64,000 nucleotides of DNA from an uncultured Chloroflexia bacterium (GTDB taxonomy: Bacteria; Chloroflexota; Anaerolineae; B4-G1; SLSP01): NCBI GenBank assembly GCA_963751345.1, contig CAVVUS010000014.1, positions 212,601 through 276,600 of the forward strand, read 5' to 3'. Under the pieces are notes generated by a model. That model was not told where the DNA came from. It searched no databases and worked only from the letters and a program-made list of their open reading frames with translations. Of this stretch, positions 46,661 through 57,563 are shown piece by piece. The first letter of the stretch is position 1, and every line of letters starts with the position of its first letter. The translations under genes were made by a program, and so were the position numbers.

Positions 46661-47947
46661 ATGTCTGATATTGCGATCCGAGTCGAAGGCTTATCAAAGC
46701 AATACCGCATCGGTGGCCCGCAAGCGCACTACAAGACGCTGCGGGAATCGCTGATGGCCGCGGCGAAAGTCCCACTGCAACGGCTCCGTTCTACCTTCGG
46801 ACGGTCTGGCGGCGCACACCCCAACGACACGATCTGGGCCCTGAAGGACGTCTCCTTCGATATCAACCGCGGGGAGGTCGTCGGCATCATTGGGCGAAAC
46901 GGAGCGGGGAAAAGCACACTACTCAAGATCCTCAGCCGTATCACTGAGCCGACCGACGGGTACGCTGAGCTTCACGGGCGGGTTGGTTCGCTGCTCGAGG
47001 TCGGGACCGGCTTTCATCCGGAACTGACCGGGCGGGACAACATCTACCTGAATGGCGCCATCCTCGGGATGAAGCGCGACGAGATCGAGCGCAAGTTTGA
47101 CGAGATCGTAGACTTCGCCGAGATTGAGAAGTTCTTGGACACCCCGGTCAAGCACTATTCGAGCGGGATGTACGTGCGTCTCGCCTTTGCCGTCGCGGCA
47201 CATCTCGAACCGGAGATTCTGCTGGTCGATGAAGTGCTCGCGGTGGGGGATGCTGCGTTCCAGAAGAAGTGCTTGGGGAAAATGGGAGACGTGGCGAAGA
47301 GTGGACGGACAGTGCTGTTTGTGAGTCACAATATGGCCGCGATCCTAAACCTATGTAGGAGAGGCATTCTGCTAAGACATGGGCATTTGGCCATGTCCGG
47401 CGCTCCGCGCGAGGCGGCGGAACCGTATCTAGCAGAAGATGCAGAAACAACCGGAGAGGCATTGTTGTCAGCAGAGCCGGGAAAAGTCGCTGACGGATTC
47501 TGCTTTAGGGGCATTCGAACACGAAGACCGGGCGGTGGGGTAATTGGCCAAATTCCCCTGGAAACGGGAGTTGATATCGAAATCACATACGAGCTTGCAC
47601 ATCCAGTGGGTGGGATGAATGTGGCGTTTCATCTCTTCGATAGCACAGGGATCTGCATCCTATCCAGTACAGATGTCGATCAGGATCCCTCATCCATCGC
47701 CAAGCATCGTGAGCCCGGAAGGTATCAGGCTACATGCCATATTCCGTCGGAATACTTACGCCCCGGTAGATACTACCTTAGTCTGTCATCAAGTATTCCT
47801 CGTGTCAAGGTCCTAGCCAATCTAACACATGCGCTTTCTTTCGATATCGTGGACACAGGCAGCGTGGAGTCAACGATCGCTCAAGGGCGACAAGGCGTGA
47901 TCTCGCCAATCCTCGAATGGTCCACACTACATATTGATGAACCATGA
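46661..47947 (+). CDS. wzt: ABC exporter ATP-binding protein with a C-terminal glycan-binding-type domain (Wzt/TagH-like)
   Basis: 428 aa. Walker A is GRNGAGKST, the signature is YSSGM and Walker B is ILLVDEV. About 170 aa of extra C-terminal beta-rich domain follow. Confidence 0.88.
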   Translation: MSDIAIRVEGLSKQYRIGGPQAHYKTLRESLMAAAKVPLQRLRSTFGRSGGAHPNDTIWALKDVSFDINRGEVVGIIGRNGAGKSTLLKILSRITEPTDGYAELHGRVGSLLEVGTGFHPELTGRDNIYLNGAILGMKRDEIERKFDEIVDFAEIEKFLDTPVKHYSSGMYVRLAFAVAAHLEPEILLVDEVLAVGDAAFQKKCLGKMGDVAKSGRTVLFVSHNMAAILNLCRRGILLRHGHLAMSGAPREAAEPYLAEDAETTGEALLSAEPGKVADGFCFRGIRTRRPGGGVIGQIPLETGVDIEITYELAHPVGGMNVAFHLFDSTGICILSSTDVDQDPSSIAKHREPGRYQATCHIPSEYLRPGRYYLSLSSSIPRVKVLANLTHALSFDIVDTGSVESTIAQGRQGVISPILEWSTLHIDEP

Positions 47948-48064
47948 AGATTGGCAAAGAGTCATTGCGGCGATTGCCTGAACGAAATGCCCTCTTGCGT
48001 TTGTGTCACCGGGTAAGATCTGCTCTCAAGAATAGGCTATTACCTCCAGAACGATTGGGCAACC

Positions 48065-49180
48065 TTGACCTTCGAAAGGAGAAGACCACGACCGCTCACT
48101 AAGAGAGCACTGCTCTCTTACATAGTGCATCCGTTTGCCACTTCGCCGGATACTACTCGCTTCCCGCCTCACATCAATATCTGGCACGCCTGGGAAATGG
48201 TCAGAGTACTGAATCAACTGGGCTTTATTGTCGATGTCGTCGATTACAGAGATGAAGGTTTTGCGCCAAGTCAGAGATATGACCTATTTATCGGTCACGG
48301 GGGTATCAATTACGTGAAGATCGCTGGCCGGCTGCATGCGAGCGCAACGAAGATCTACTTCTCGACCGGATGCTACTGGAAGTTCCACAACGAGCAGGAA
48401 TTGGCCCGCTTTTCCGCGCTTAGAGAACGGCGAGGCGTTACCCTACCACCGGATCGGCTTATCACCACCAGCGAAGAGGAAGCCTTGCTGGCAGCTGATG
48501 GCATCGTCGGAATAGGCAACGATTTCACGAAAAACACATATGTGGGCTACTCACCCATCACTATGATCAACGGTACCTCACTGTTTGATGATCACTATGA
48601 TCAGCACGACAAGAATTTCGATAAGGGTAGAGAGCATTTCCTCTATTTTGCTCGTTCAGGCAACGTACACAAAGGCCTGGACCTATTGCTAGAGGCATTT
48701 GCAGATCTAAGACAACATCTATGGATCTGTTCCAAAATCGATCAGGGATTCGCAGACGTTTACTCAAAGGAACTGCACGACCTACCAAATATCCATCTAG
48801 TGAGTTGGGTGCAGGAACGTTTTGCCAAGTTCTATGAAATGATGGATACATGTAACTTTGTCATCTTGCCTTCCTGCAGTGAAGGACAGGCTCAGTCTGT
48901 AGTAAAATGCATGAATCAAGGGCTAATTCCTATCGTCAGTTCAGCATGTGGACTGGCGGTCGGCGGCTACGGAGTCTCACTAACACCCTGTACCATCGAG
49001 CAGATCGCGAGAGTTCTCCCGATGCTCGCCTCCACTTCGGCCACATCATGCAGAAAGATGTCCCTAGAAGTACGTAAAGTTGCTGCCCTAGACTTCTCGG
49101 AGAGTGCGTTTACCTACAGCTTTACCGAGGCAATTCGCTACTACATCGCTCAGACAGAGCCCAGTAAGCGACGGCAGTAG
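48065..49180 (+). CDS. glycosyltransferase (GT-B fold, GT4-like); the 5' end may be frame-shifted
   Basis: It carries a GT-B C-terminal pattern (FLYFARSGNVHKGLDLLLEAF...VILPSCSEGQAQSVVKCMNQGLIPIVS). An ATG at 47944 overlaps the wzt stop (ATGA) and opens a 52-codon frame (MKIGKESLRRLPERNALL...LDLRKEK). That frame would join this ORF after a 1-nt shift near 48085-48095. Confidence 0.6.
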   Translation: MTFERRRPRPLTKRALLSYIVHPFATSPDTTRFPPHINIWHAWEMVRVLNQLGFIVDVVDYRDEGFAPSQRYDLFIGHGGINYVKIAGRLHASATKIYFSTGCYWKFHNEQELARFSALRERRGVTLPPDRLITTSEEEALLAADGIVGIGNDFTKNTYVGYSPITMINGTSLFDDHYDQHDKNFDKGREHFLYFARSGNVHKGLDLLLEAFADLRQHLWICSKIDQGFADVYSKELHDLPNIHLVSWVQERFAKFYEMMDTCNFVILPSCSEGQAQSVVKCMNQGLIPIVSSACGLAVGGYGVSLTPCTIEQIARVLPMLASTSATSCRKMSLEVRKVAALDFSESAFTYSFTEAIRYYIAQTEPSKRRQ

Positions 49181-49449
49181 GGAAAGGTTGGAGTGCCTTA
49201 AGCTGACTCTGTAAAGCGACTAGGTAACTTACTTTCGCACGTTCGCAGGCAGATTGAAAGCCGCAGCCCTACGCACAATAGGCCGATCGAGAGCTCAGGG
49301 AGGCTCCCACTCACAAGGGCCCTTACTCTTGATACCTGCTTTAGTGGAACGAATTCGGCAACCTCTCCACTGGTCGAGAAGCCGCAGCACAACTTGCACC
49401 ATAAAGATGGACATCAGATGATCCAGGAAGAGCACGGGGTATCACCGAG

Positions 49450-50130
49450 GTGGATGTGGTACGCTGGGAAGAAGCGCAACGCTACGAACATCGGGTATGG
49501 ATGGGGGAAAGTGGGCTCAACGCCGGGGAGGACCGCAATAAGGCACACGAACGAGCCTTCAGTAACTACGCAGTCATCCGTGGAGAGCGCTTCGAGAACG
49601 CTATCGAGATCGGGTGTGGTCCATTCACGAGACATGATCCGCATTCTGAAGTACGTTCGATGCAAAGATTACCCTCCTCGATCCGCTCATGAAGATATGA
49701 CTATCTCCTCCACCCCAATTGCACGTACAGACGCAAACGGCTCGGAGGGTGGCCGGGCGTGAATGTCCAGACCATTGCCATGCCGATCGAGAACTTCGCC
49801 ACTAGTCAGAGCTATGATCTAGTGGTGGTTGTCAATGTGCTGGAACACTGTTTTTCGGCATCGAAGTTCTTTGACCAAATCCTTTCTCTCACAGCGCCAC
49901 ACGGCACTTTCTGGTATTCTATGACAAGCTTATCCCAGCCACGATGATCCATACCTTCGTTGAGAACATCTTACGATGCTGGCCATCCACTGCGTATAGC
50001 TGGAGATCTGATTCTGAGATTTCTGAGCGGAAACTACAACCAAGTCTACAACGAACATGAGTCAATACCCTCCCCCATTGGTCAGTTTGATTCTGTCTAC
50101 TTTATCGGCAAGAAGAGAGGGTAACTCGTA
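49450..50130 (+). pseudogene. class I SAM-dependent methyltransferase, fragmented over all three frames (at least 4 shifts)
   Basis: The pieces are VRWEEAQRYEHRVWMGE...IEIGCGPFT, MIRILKYV, ITLLDPLMKI, VNVQTIAMPIENFATSQSYDLVVVVNVLEHCF and a tail ending GKKRG. They lie in different frames. Confidence 0.6.
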
Positions 50131-50141
50131 ATGCGGATTGC

Positions 50142-50812
50142 ATGGAAGTTGCCCAGAGGCTTCGGATGATCATCGCAAGGACGTTCCCTGGACGCTTTCC
50201 AGACCTGTACTCAACCCTAGATCACCCTATGGTCGGCTACCGTACAGGCCGCAGCATACCAGCTCGCTGTCAGTGACTACATCCATCCAGGCGATCGGAT
50301 CCTGGATGTTGGGTTCGGCTAGGCTATGGACTCAGAATGATGGCACATGAAGCCGAGGAGTTGTGCGGCATTGAGATTGATCGTAGGGCGTCTCTAGGGG
50401 AGTAAGATTCCTTCGGGGGATTCCAGCAATTCGCGAACTTCAGCAATACGATGGATGTACAATTCCCTATCAGAGCGCTGCCTTTGATGTTGTTACCTGT
50501 ATAGACGTTCTAGAGCACGTCCACGACTATGTAGGACTAATCAGGGAGCTTCTTCGAACATCAAAGCGGGTGGTTCTAATCTCTACGCCAAACCGCCGTC
50601 CTGAATACACGATGCCCGATGGAAGGCCTCGGAACCGCTGGCATTTGCGTGAATGGTCCTTTGAAGAACTGGATACCATCTTACGAGCAGTTCCCCATAT
50701 CGATATAGAGTGGAATTTCTTGAGCGGCCCGTGGGAAGGGCCTTGCGAGCGCACATCAACCATATCTTCGGAAACCTTGGCCCTGACGCCAGCTCTCCTA
50801 ATGCGAAGATGA
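50142..50812 (+). pseudogene. class I SAM-dependent methyltransferase, fragmented (at least 3 shifts)
   Basis: The pieces are MEVAQRLRMIIARTFPG, AAAYQLAVSDYIHPGDRILDVGFG, GYGLRMMAHEAEELCGIEIDRRA and AAFDVVTCIDVLEHVHDYVGLIRELLRTSKRVVLISTPN... One break is GGC(C)TAGGC, which fits a missing C. Confidence 0.6.
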
Positions 50813-50819
50813 GCCTTGC

Positions 50820-51935
50820 ATGGGGGACAGACTGAGACTGACCGTTGATGGTGTCATCTTCCAGCTACAGACATACGGAGGGATCTCGCGTCTATTCAGT
50901 GAGATACTACCCCGAATGTGCGATCAATTCCCGCGCCTGTACATCACTCTGCTGACGGAAGGCAAACTCCAGCAGGATCCACCGCTTCACGAACGTATCT
51001 CCAACCGCGCGATTCCCGATGTTGGACGCTACCTACACCCCGACGGATATGGCAGCCTGCCGCACAGATCGTCCGACGCCTTGTAAGAGAGCGGTATGTG
51101 GAACTTGGAGAAGACCGGATCTGGCACTCCACATACTACACGATGCCAACTCGGTGGGATGGTAAACAGGTTGTTACAGTAATGGACATGATCCACGAGC
51201 ACTATGCTGGGTTGTTCACCGGACAAACAAACGACAACTTCCGGGCACGAAAGGAAGAATGTGTCTCAAGGGCTGATGCAGTCATTTGTATATCACAGAC
51301 CACACGCCTGGACGTAGAAAGGTACTATGGCATCAATGGCGGTGCCCGCTATGTTGTGCCCTTGGGTTACAGCCCTGTTTTCAGGCAGATGGGACGAAAT
51401 CAGGAGCAATCAAATCCACCGTACCCACAACCCTTCATGCTTTACGTTGGCAGGCGTTCACATTACAAGAACTTCAGCACACTGCTTCAGGCTTACAGTG
51501 TGTGGAAACACAGAAATGAAATCACCCTCGCCGCCGTTGGCCCTCCCTGGTCTCGTGTCGAGGAACAGCAATTAGCGAAGCTGGGAATCCACGATCAGTG
51601 CACTACCTGACGAATGTAAACGACGAGGAACTGTGTCTGCTGTACAACGAGGCCATTGCTTTTGTCTATCCTTCTTTATACGAAGGCTTCGGGGTTCCTA
51701 CTATAGGCGATGGCGAGCGGTTGTCTCATTGACCGCTTCCCGCATTTCTGCAACGATTCAAGTAGAATAGGAGAATGCCCAGTGTACTTTGAAGCTACCG
51801 CAACCGGGTTGCGGCTGAAGGCGTTAGACGTCTCACATTCTGGAGGGCAGAGACTTGAAACAAGTGTAGCTGGGACTTGAGCAGGCTGTCTCAACATATC
51901 GGGGATCGGACTAATTAAAAACTGGAGGACTATCA
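50820..51935 (+). pseudogene. GT4-family glycosyltransferase, fragmented (at least 3 shifts)
   Basis: The pieces are MGDRLRLTVDGVIFQLQTYGGISRLFSEILPRM, HSTYYTMPTRWDGKQVVTVMDMIHE...FMLYVGRRSHYKNF, LTNVNDEELCLLYNEAIAFVYPSLYEGFGVP and AMASGCLI... They lie in different frames. Confidence 0.65.
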
Positions 51936-52033
51936 AACGCCGTCCACTCTTGAGCGCACTCCCTCCCTCCGCTGGGCAAGACAGGCTGGCCTTGGATGGC
52001 AGAGCGGGCCACAACCTCGGGGCCAGGTCGTCG

Positions 52034-52857
52034 ATGGCGCTCTCTGGCCCTGAATAAGCATCGTCACGCCGTCGTACAACCAGGGACAATTCCTTGAAGA
52101 GACCATCCGCTCGGTGTTGTCACAAAATACCCAAATCTCGAATACATCGTCATGGACGGTGGAAGCACCGACGGAAGCGCGGACATCATCCGACAGTACG
52201 AGCCATGGCTTAGCTATGTACGAATCGGGCCTGATGACGGTCAGGCAGCAGCCATTGCCGAGGGATTTCGCCACGCTACCGGAGACATCCTCGCCTGGCT
52301 CAATTCCGACGACCGCTACCGGTCCGGGACATTGCAACGGGTGGGGCGCTTCTTCACAATGCACAAGGATGTGGTCTTCGCCAACGGAGACGTGAACTAC
52401 ATCGATGTCGACGGGAATTTCGTCCTCCGTAGTTACGCGGTTCGGCCGAATCGTCTCCTTGGCCGCTAACATCGCCGTTCACGGCTGGCCGCAGCCTGGC
52501 TGTTTTTGGCGCCGTGAAGCCTACGAACAGGTGGGGGGGATAGATCCATCTCTGCAGTTCTCTATGGATCGCGACCTGTTTATACGACTGATCTCGGTCG
52601 GTGACAGCAGAACTATTCCTGGCCCTCCACTCGCCGACTTCCGGACCCACGGTAAAGCGAAGAGTTCCACACTACGGACTGTGCAGGCCAGGGAGGATCA
52701 AACGGTAATCGCCAGATATGAAGACCCACGCTATCGTTCACTGAAATGGTTGCTCCGCTTCCTCTGGTGGCTGTGGTGCAAACCAAAGGGCTTACAGGCA
52801 AGACTGAACAAGGTCCTCACAAACGAGACCCGATGGAACCGATTGTTAGCGTCATAG
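52034..52857 (+). pseudogene. GT2-family glycosyltransferase, fragmented (at least 3 shifts)
   Basis: The pieces are MALSGPE, SIVTPSYNQGQFLEETIRSVLSQN, (Y)PNLEYIVMDGGSTDGSADIIRQYEPWL...AWLNSDDRY and AANIAVHGWPQPGCFWRREAYEQVGGIDPSLQFSMDRDLFIRL. One break is AAAT(T)ACCC. Confidence 0.7.
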
Positions 52858-53815
52858 TTCCCACATATAACAGGGCCAACTACCTTGGAGAAGCACTCGA
52901 CAGCATTCTGGGTCAAACGTATGCCGGGAATGAAATCATCGTTGTCGATGACGGTTCCACTGACTGCACCGCCGAATTGGTCAGATCGGTGCCGGATCCG
53001 CGTATTCGCTATGTATACCAGGAAAACCAAGGAGTGAGCAGTGCCCGCAACAGAGGGATCCGGGAAGCTCGGGGGAGCTACATCGCCTTCCTGGATTCAG
53101 ATGACCTCTGGCTGCCAGAATTACTCGAGACTGCCACAAAAGTGCTGGGTTCAGATTCCACCATCGGATTGGTCTATGCCAGAGCGCAAGCCTTTCACTC
53201 CAAGGGGAACCCATTACCTTACACAAGTGGAGCTCCCCCGAGATTTGCGGACGACCTACTCAAGAGTGCTTTGTGGGGCGACTTCGTTTGCACGATCACA
53301 TCTGTGGTGAGACGTGAGGTCCTTGACCGGGCGGGCCTTTCGACGAAACTATGAAAGGCAATGAGGACTGGGACATGTGGATCCGGCTCTCGCGGGTAAC
53401 GGGTTTCCGATTCGTCGACCGAGTCCTCGCGCTATTCAGAGTTCACAGTGGACGTATGACCCTCAGCGCCTCCGAACACTTCGAAACTATCACTGAGGGG
53501 CGGTTCCAGCCCCTCAACAAGGTCTTCGATGATCCCGGGGCGTCCGAGCACATCCTGAGCCTGAAACCGTTGGCGTACCGCAACGCCCACATCGATGTGG
53601 CTTGCAGATGGATGACTGCTGGGAAAGTCAGCAAGGGACTAACACACGTACGTAAGGCAATCGCAGTTGGTCCATCCCCCATCGCAACTCTTGCACGCGT
53701 CGCACAGAGCATACTTTTCTCTCAGGTGCTTGTGAAGCATACCTGGGGATTCCAGCTCTTACAGAAGGGAGCTGCAGCCAGGCGTAAGTTGCATTGGCTC
53801 GCTAGACGCTCGTAG
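52833..53815 (+). pseudogene. GT2-family glycosyltransferase split by one missing T near 53338-53340
   Basis: The first part is MEPIVSVIVPTYNRANYLGEALDSILGQTY...FLDSDDLW. After CTTT(T)CGAC the next frame continues DETMKGNEDWDMWIRLS... Confidence 0.7.
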
Positions 53816-53854
53816 CGTCTTGATCAGAATGAGTCCAGGTGTTCGTCATCCGAC

Positions 53855-54652
53855 TTGGAATCGCCAGGCCACAACTTTTCGGCTTATGCAGGGCCGAGCG
53901 GGCCAGTTCACCAGTGTGTTCTTTGTGGGAGATCTATGCCTAGCAATATGCTGAGAGTAAAGTCCTACGCGAAGAAGTGGTTGGGCCGACTCGGTCTGCT
54001 TGAACGCCTTAGGCACCTGCATAGACCGCAGATGACCTGTCCTATCCAGCATCTGGGCAGTGCATACGGTGGATGGGCGGTGTGTCCCCTCACCCTTTCC
54101 GCGAACAGCATAGTCTATTCATTTGGCATAGGAGAAGACGCATCCTTCGATCAGGATGTGATAGAGCGATACGGCGCACAGGTGTTTGCCTTCGACCCCA
54201 CACCGGATTCTATCAATTGGGTAGCCCATCAAGAGTGGCCTGCGAACTTCAGTTTCTTTCCGTGGGGACTAGCCGGTGGAGACGGCAAACGTTACCTGTA
54301 CCCGCCGTCTGATCCCAGCCATATCTCTCACACTGTACTGACCCGACGGCACATGGTTGGCGATCCCATTGAAGTGAGCATGTATCAGTTGAGTACGATA
54401 GCTAGGACTTTAGGGCATCGGCACATTGATGTGCTGAAGATGGACATAGAAGGTGCCGAATACGAAGTCATAGATAACATCGTTGCGCTAGAACGGGTCG
54501 AAATTGACCAGATTCTGGTGGAATTCCATCATTTCTTCCCAAACGTGAGGCACCGGCAAACGCGAAAAGCGGTCCGCCTGCTAAATGCGGCTGGATACCG
54601 GATATTCTACATATCGCCCAGTGGCCACGAGTACAGTCTTGTCAAGCTCTGA
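53855..54652 (+). CDS. FkbM-family methyltransferase
   Basis: 265 aa. YSFGIGEDASFD...VFAFDPTP...IDVLKMDIEGAEYEVI... Confidence 0.8.
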   Translation: MESPGHNFSAYAGPSGPVHQCVLCGRSMPSNMLRVKSYAKKWLGRLGLLERLRHLHRPQMTCPIQHLGSAYGGWAVCPLTLSANSIVYSFGIGEDASFDQDVIERYGAQVFAFDPTPDSINWVAHQEWPANFSFFPWGLAGGDGKRYLYPPSDPSHISHTVLTRRHMVGDPIEVSMYQLSTIARTLGHRHIDVLKMDIEGAEYEVIDNIVALERVEIDQILVEFHHFFPNVRHRQTRKAVRLLNAAGYRIFYISPSGHEYSLVKL

Positions 54653-55850
54653 GCAGCACCTTAGAATCGCATGCCTGACTCGCATCACATTGGCCCACAA
54701 GGTCAAAGGGGGAATGGAGCAACACCTGCGAGTTTTGGCAGAAGGCCTGACGGACTTGGGACACGAGGTGGAGGTCTACACAACTGCTAGTCCAACCGGT
54801 GAAGCCGATATCACTCTTAACGGTATTCCATACCACTTTTTGGCCTCTCCAGCAGGTCGATACAGACCAGCGTGGACGCGGGAGAGCCAGATAGTAGCTA
54901 AGCAGATGGGCCACGACCACACAGTTGATGTTCTATGGGGCCAAGGGGCGGGAGCCGAAGCAGCTTCGAGACTATCACGGCGCAGTCGTCCTCCTCTGGT
55001 AACAGTGCTTCATGGTACCTTCCTTGGTGAGTTCCGAACCAATATCCGGAATCTCGGCGGGGTGCGAAGTGCAGCACTGGCCCTCCTAATGATCTGGAGA
55101 TTTGCGGCATGGCGCGGTCACATAAAGAAAGCGGACCATCTTGTAGTTCTCACGCATTCAGAGGAACAGAGCCTGCGCCGATGGTTTCGTGATCTTCCAC
55201 CGATGACGGTGATTCCAAATGGAATAGATGTCGGTCTCTTCGCTCCAGACCCAATCGCGGGAAGTCACATCAGAGAGCAACTCAGTATCCCACGAAGTAC
55301 ACCTCTGTTGATCGCCGTTGGGCGATTAGTACATGAAAAGGGGACTCACCTCGCTATCGCCGCTCTACAGGGCCTCAAAAACCGAAACGCGCATCTCGTG
55401 ATTGTCGGAGATGGCCCAGATCGGGAGGCCCTTCGAAATATGTCACAAACACTCGGCGTGTCGCAGCGTGTTCGTTTCGTCGGGCATGTGGACCGAGCCC
55501 AACTTCCGGCCTATTACAGCTCCGCCGATGCCTTCATTATGCCTACTCTCCGCCACGAAGGCCTTCCGCTCACACTGATCGAGGCAATGGCATCTGGCTT
55601 GCCCACGGTGGCGACGAACGTCAGTGGAATCTCTGCTGCCATCACGCAGCATCGGGAGGGACTACTTATCCCTATGGGAGACAAGGCTGCTCTGGTCAGG
55701 GCCATTGATCAACTTCTCGATAGTCCCACCATTGCCCTTCAGCTCGGCCGGAATGCAAGAGCCAAGGCTGTAGACCAATTCAGTGTCAAGCGTATGATCA
55801 CTGACACCGAGAAAGTATTCAGACAGGTTGTGGCGGAACACGTTGGATGA
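54585..55850 (+). CDS. GT4-family glycosyltransferase
   Basis: LRIACLTRI...KGGMEQHLRVLAEGLTDLGHEVEVYT...GRLVHEKG...RHEGLPLTLIEAMASGLPTVAT. The start is uncertain. The track start overlaps the FkbM gene by 68 nt. Confidence 0.8.
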   Translation: MRLDTGYSTYRPVATSTVLSSSEQHLRIACLTRITLAHKVKGGMEQHLRVLAEGLTDLGHEVEVYTTASPTGEADITLNGIPYHFLASPAGRYRPAWTRESQIVAKQMGHDHTVDVLWGQGAGAEAASRLSRRSRPPLVTVLHGTFLGEFRTNIRNLGGVRSAALALLMIWRFAAWRGHIKKADHLVVLTHSEEQSLRRWFRDLPPMTVIPNGIDVGLFAPDPIAGSHIREQLSIPRSTPLLIAVGRLVHEKGTHLAIAALQGLKNRNAHLVIVGDGPDREALRNMSQTLGVSQRVRFVGHVDRAQLPAYYSSADAFIMPTLRHEGLPLTLIEAMASGLPTVATNVSGISAAITQHREGLLIPMGDKAALVRAIDQLLDSPTIALQLGRNARAKAVDQFSVKRMITDTEKVFRQVVAEHVG

Positions 55851-55900
55851 ACACATAAGCATCTCAAACGCCGTTCGCACCGGACAGGAGAGTCCCAGCA

Positions 55901-56752
55901 TTGGGCGGACCGGATAGCCTCTCAGTGATAATTCCTTCCTTGCGTGGAGTTCCGCAGGAGCTGTTACACAGTATTGAAGGTCAGTCTCTTGTTCCAGGTG
56001 AGACTGAGATTGTCGTCGGTGTGAGCCCAAATGGACGAGCACGCAATGTAGGTGTGGCCCGCACAACAGGAAGCGTCTTGTTCTTCATCGATGATGATGC
56101 TGTGTTGGCACATAGTCGCGTGATAGAGACAATGGTCTCCCTCCTCGAAGACCCTGAAGTTGGTGTCGTTGGGGCATCAAGGTTGGTGCCGCCCGAATCG
56201 TCCCCCTTCCAACAACGTGTGGCGCGCCAGGTAGCCCGGATCAACAATCCCGTGGTCCACGTACCCCTGGAGACAAATCCCGATCCGCCGTTGTACAGCA
56301 CCCAAGTCACGACGACTTGTGCAGCTATGAGAAGAGAGGTCTTTGAGCGGGCGGGCGGATTCAGCGAGGTGCTTGTCCGCAGCGTTGATCCGGAGTTCTT
56401 CCATCGTGTGCGGGCACTTGGCTACCGGTTTTTTCTTGCGCCGGACGTATGGGCTTGGCACCCTGCTCCGCCAACGCTCCGGAAGCTGGTAATCAAGCAT
56501 TTCAACTATGGCCTCGGACATGCCCAAGCTGCGCATATACATCCGGAACTAGCTCGTGGGCCGGAGCGCTATCCTTTGCCATACTTCATCCTGAGAACCC
56601 TTCTGGCGCCTCTGCAGATCTTCACGTCGTATTCATTTGGCGATCCAGACTTTCGCCTCACATTTGCGCCACTCAAAGCCGTGGCGAGCTACGCTAGTGC
56701 CGTGGGCTACGTCTATGGTTGCCTGGCAAATGTCGACCAGAAGTATGTGTGA
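55901..56752 (+). CDS. GT2-family glycosyltransferase
   Basis: 283 aa. LSVIIPSLRG...ARNVGVARTTGSVLFFIDDDAVL... Confidence 0.75.
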   Translation: MGGPDSLSVIIPSLRGVPQELLHSIEGQSLVPGETEIVVGVSPNGRARNVGVARTTGSVLFFIDDDAVLAHSRVIETMVSLLEDPEVGVVGASRLVPPESSPFQQRVARQVARINNPVVHVPLETNPDPPLYSTQVTTTCAAMRREVFERAGGFSEVLVRSVDPEFFHRVRALGYRFFLAPDVWAWHPAPPTLRKLVIKHFNYGLGHAQAAHIHPELARGPERYPLPYFILRTLLAPLQIFTSYSFGDPDFRLTFAPLKAVASYASAVGYVYGCLANVDQKYV

Positions 56753-56795
56753 CCATAAGACATCGAGCGGGGACAGATAGGCGGAGGAACGTAGG

Positions 56796-57563
56796 GTGGA
56801 CAGAGTTGTTAGGACGCATTACGATGCCGTAATCTCAGAATTGGCGAGGTCCTATCCGAAAGACCCGAGTCTGTCCCAATTCCAGAACCTGGTGTCCGCA
56901 CATCAATACTTCCGCCTGTATGACACCATCGCCAAATACTTGCTCCCGGGCAAGACAGTCTTGGACTGGGGTTCGGGCAATGGCCACTTCTCCTATTACC
57001 TGGTGCGCTCGGGATACCTCACTTGCGGATATGGGTTCAATGACGTACCTCAGATCTGCCGAGACCTGCCGGACAAGGCCTACGTCTATCGACAAGGCAG
57101 CACGGATGACCCGGTCAGGATCCCTTATGAAGACCAGAGCTTCGACGCTGTGGTTTCGGTGGGGGTTCTCGAGCACGTACGCGAGTCAGGTGGTGACGAG
57201 ATCAGCAGCCTCAGGGAGATCCATCGACTGCTCAAACCGGGCGGCGTTTTCATCTGCTATCATCTGCCGAACCAATACAGTTTGATAGAGTGGGGCCTGC
57301 GCCGGGTCGGGCGGTGGTCTCACAAATACCGCTATACCCAGCGCGACATCCTCTCACTCGCATCTTCAGCGGATCTGCGGGTGGTCGAGACCATGCGCTA
57401 TGCAATCTTGCCCAGGAACATCTGGTTTTGGGCCAACAAAAACGAAGTGAGCTTGTCTAGGAGACTGGCGCGCGTGTATGACCGTCTGGATGATGCGCTG
57501 TCTCTCCTGGCCTCGCCGATCTGCCAGAACTACCTCTTTGTCGCCGAAAGGGCTCGCTCATAG
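56796..57563 (+). CDS. class I SAM-dependent methyltransferase
   Basis: 255 aa. Motif I is VLDWGSGNGHFSYYL and the post-I/II region is DAVVSVGVLEHV...LKPGGVFI. Confidence 0.8.
   Translation: MDRVVRTHYDAVISELARSYPKDPSLSQFQNLVSAHQYFRLYDTIAKYLLPGKTVLDWGSGNGHFSYYLVRSGYLTCGYGFNDVPQICRDLPDKAYVYRQGSTDDPVRIPYEDQSFDAVVSVGVLEHVRESGGDEISSLREIHRLLKPGGVFICYHLPNQYSLIEWGLRRVGRWSHKYRYTQRDILSLASSADLRVVETMRYAILPRNIWFWANKNEVSLSRRLARVYDRLDDALSLLASPICQNYLFVAERARS

Noticed and set aside
46625-48085. Additional AACCTTG-containing strings at 46634 (CCAACCTTGAGGCGTT) and 48061 (AACCTTGACCTTCGAAAGG) as members of the palindrome family.
   Set aside because: They lack the second arm (AAGGTT) at the right spacing. The similarity is limited to 7 nt and could be chance.
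49198-49392. 64-aa minus-strand ORF in the gap between the GT gene and the methyltransferase fragments.
   Set aside because: It has no motif and no RBS, and it lies in degraded low-GC DNA. It is probably non-coding or a remnant.
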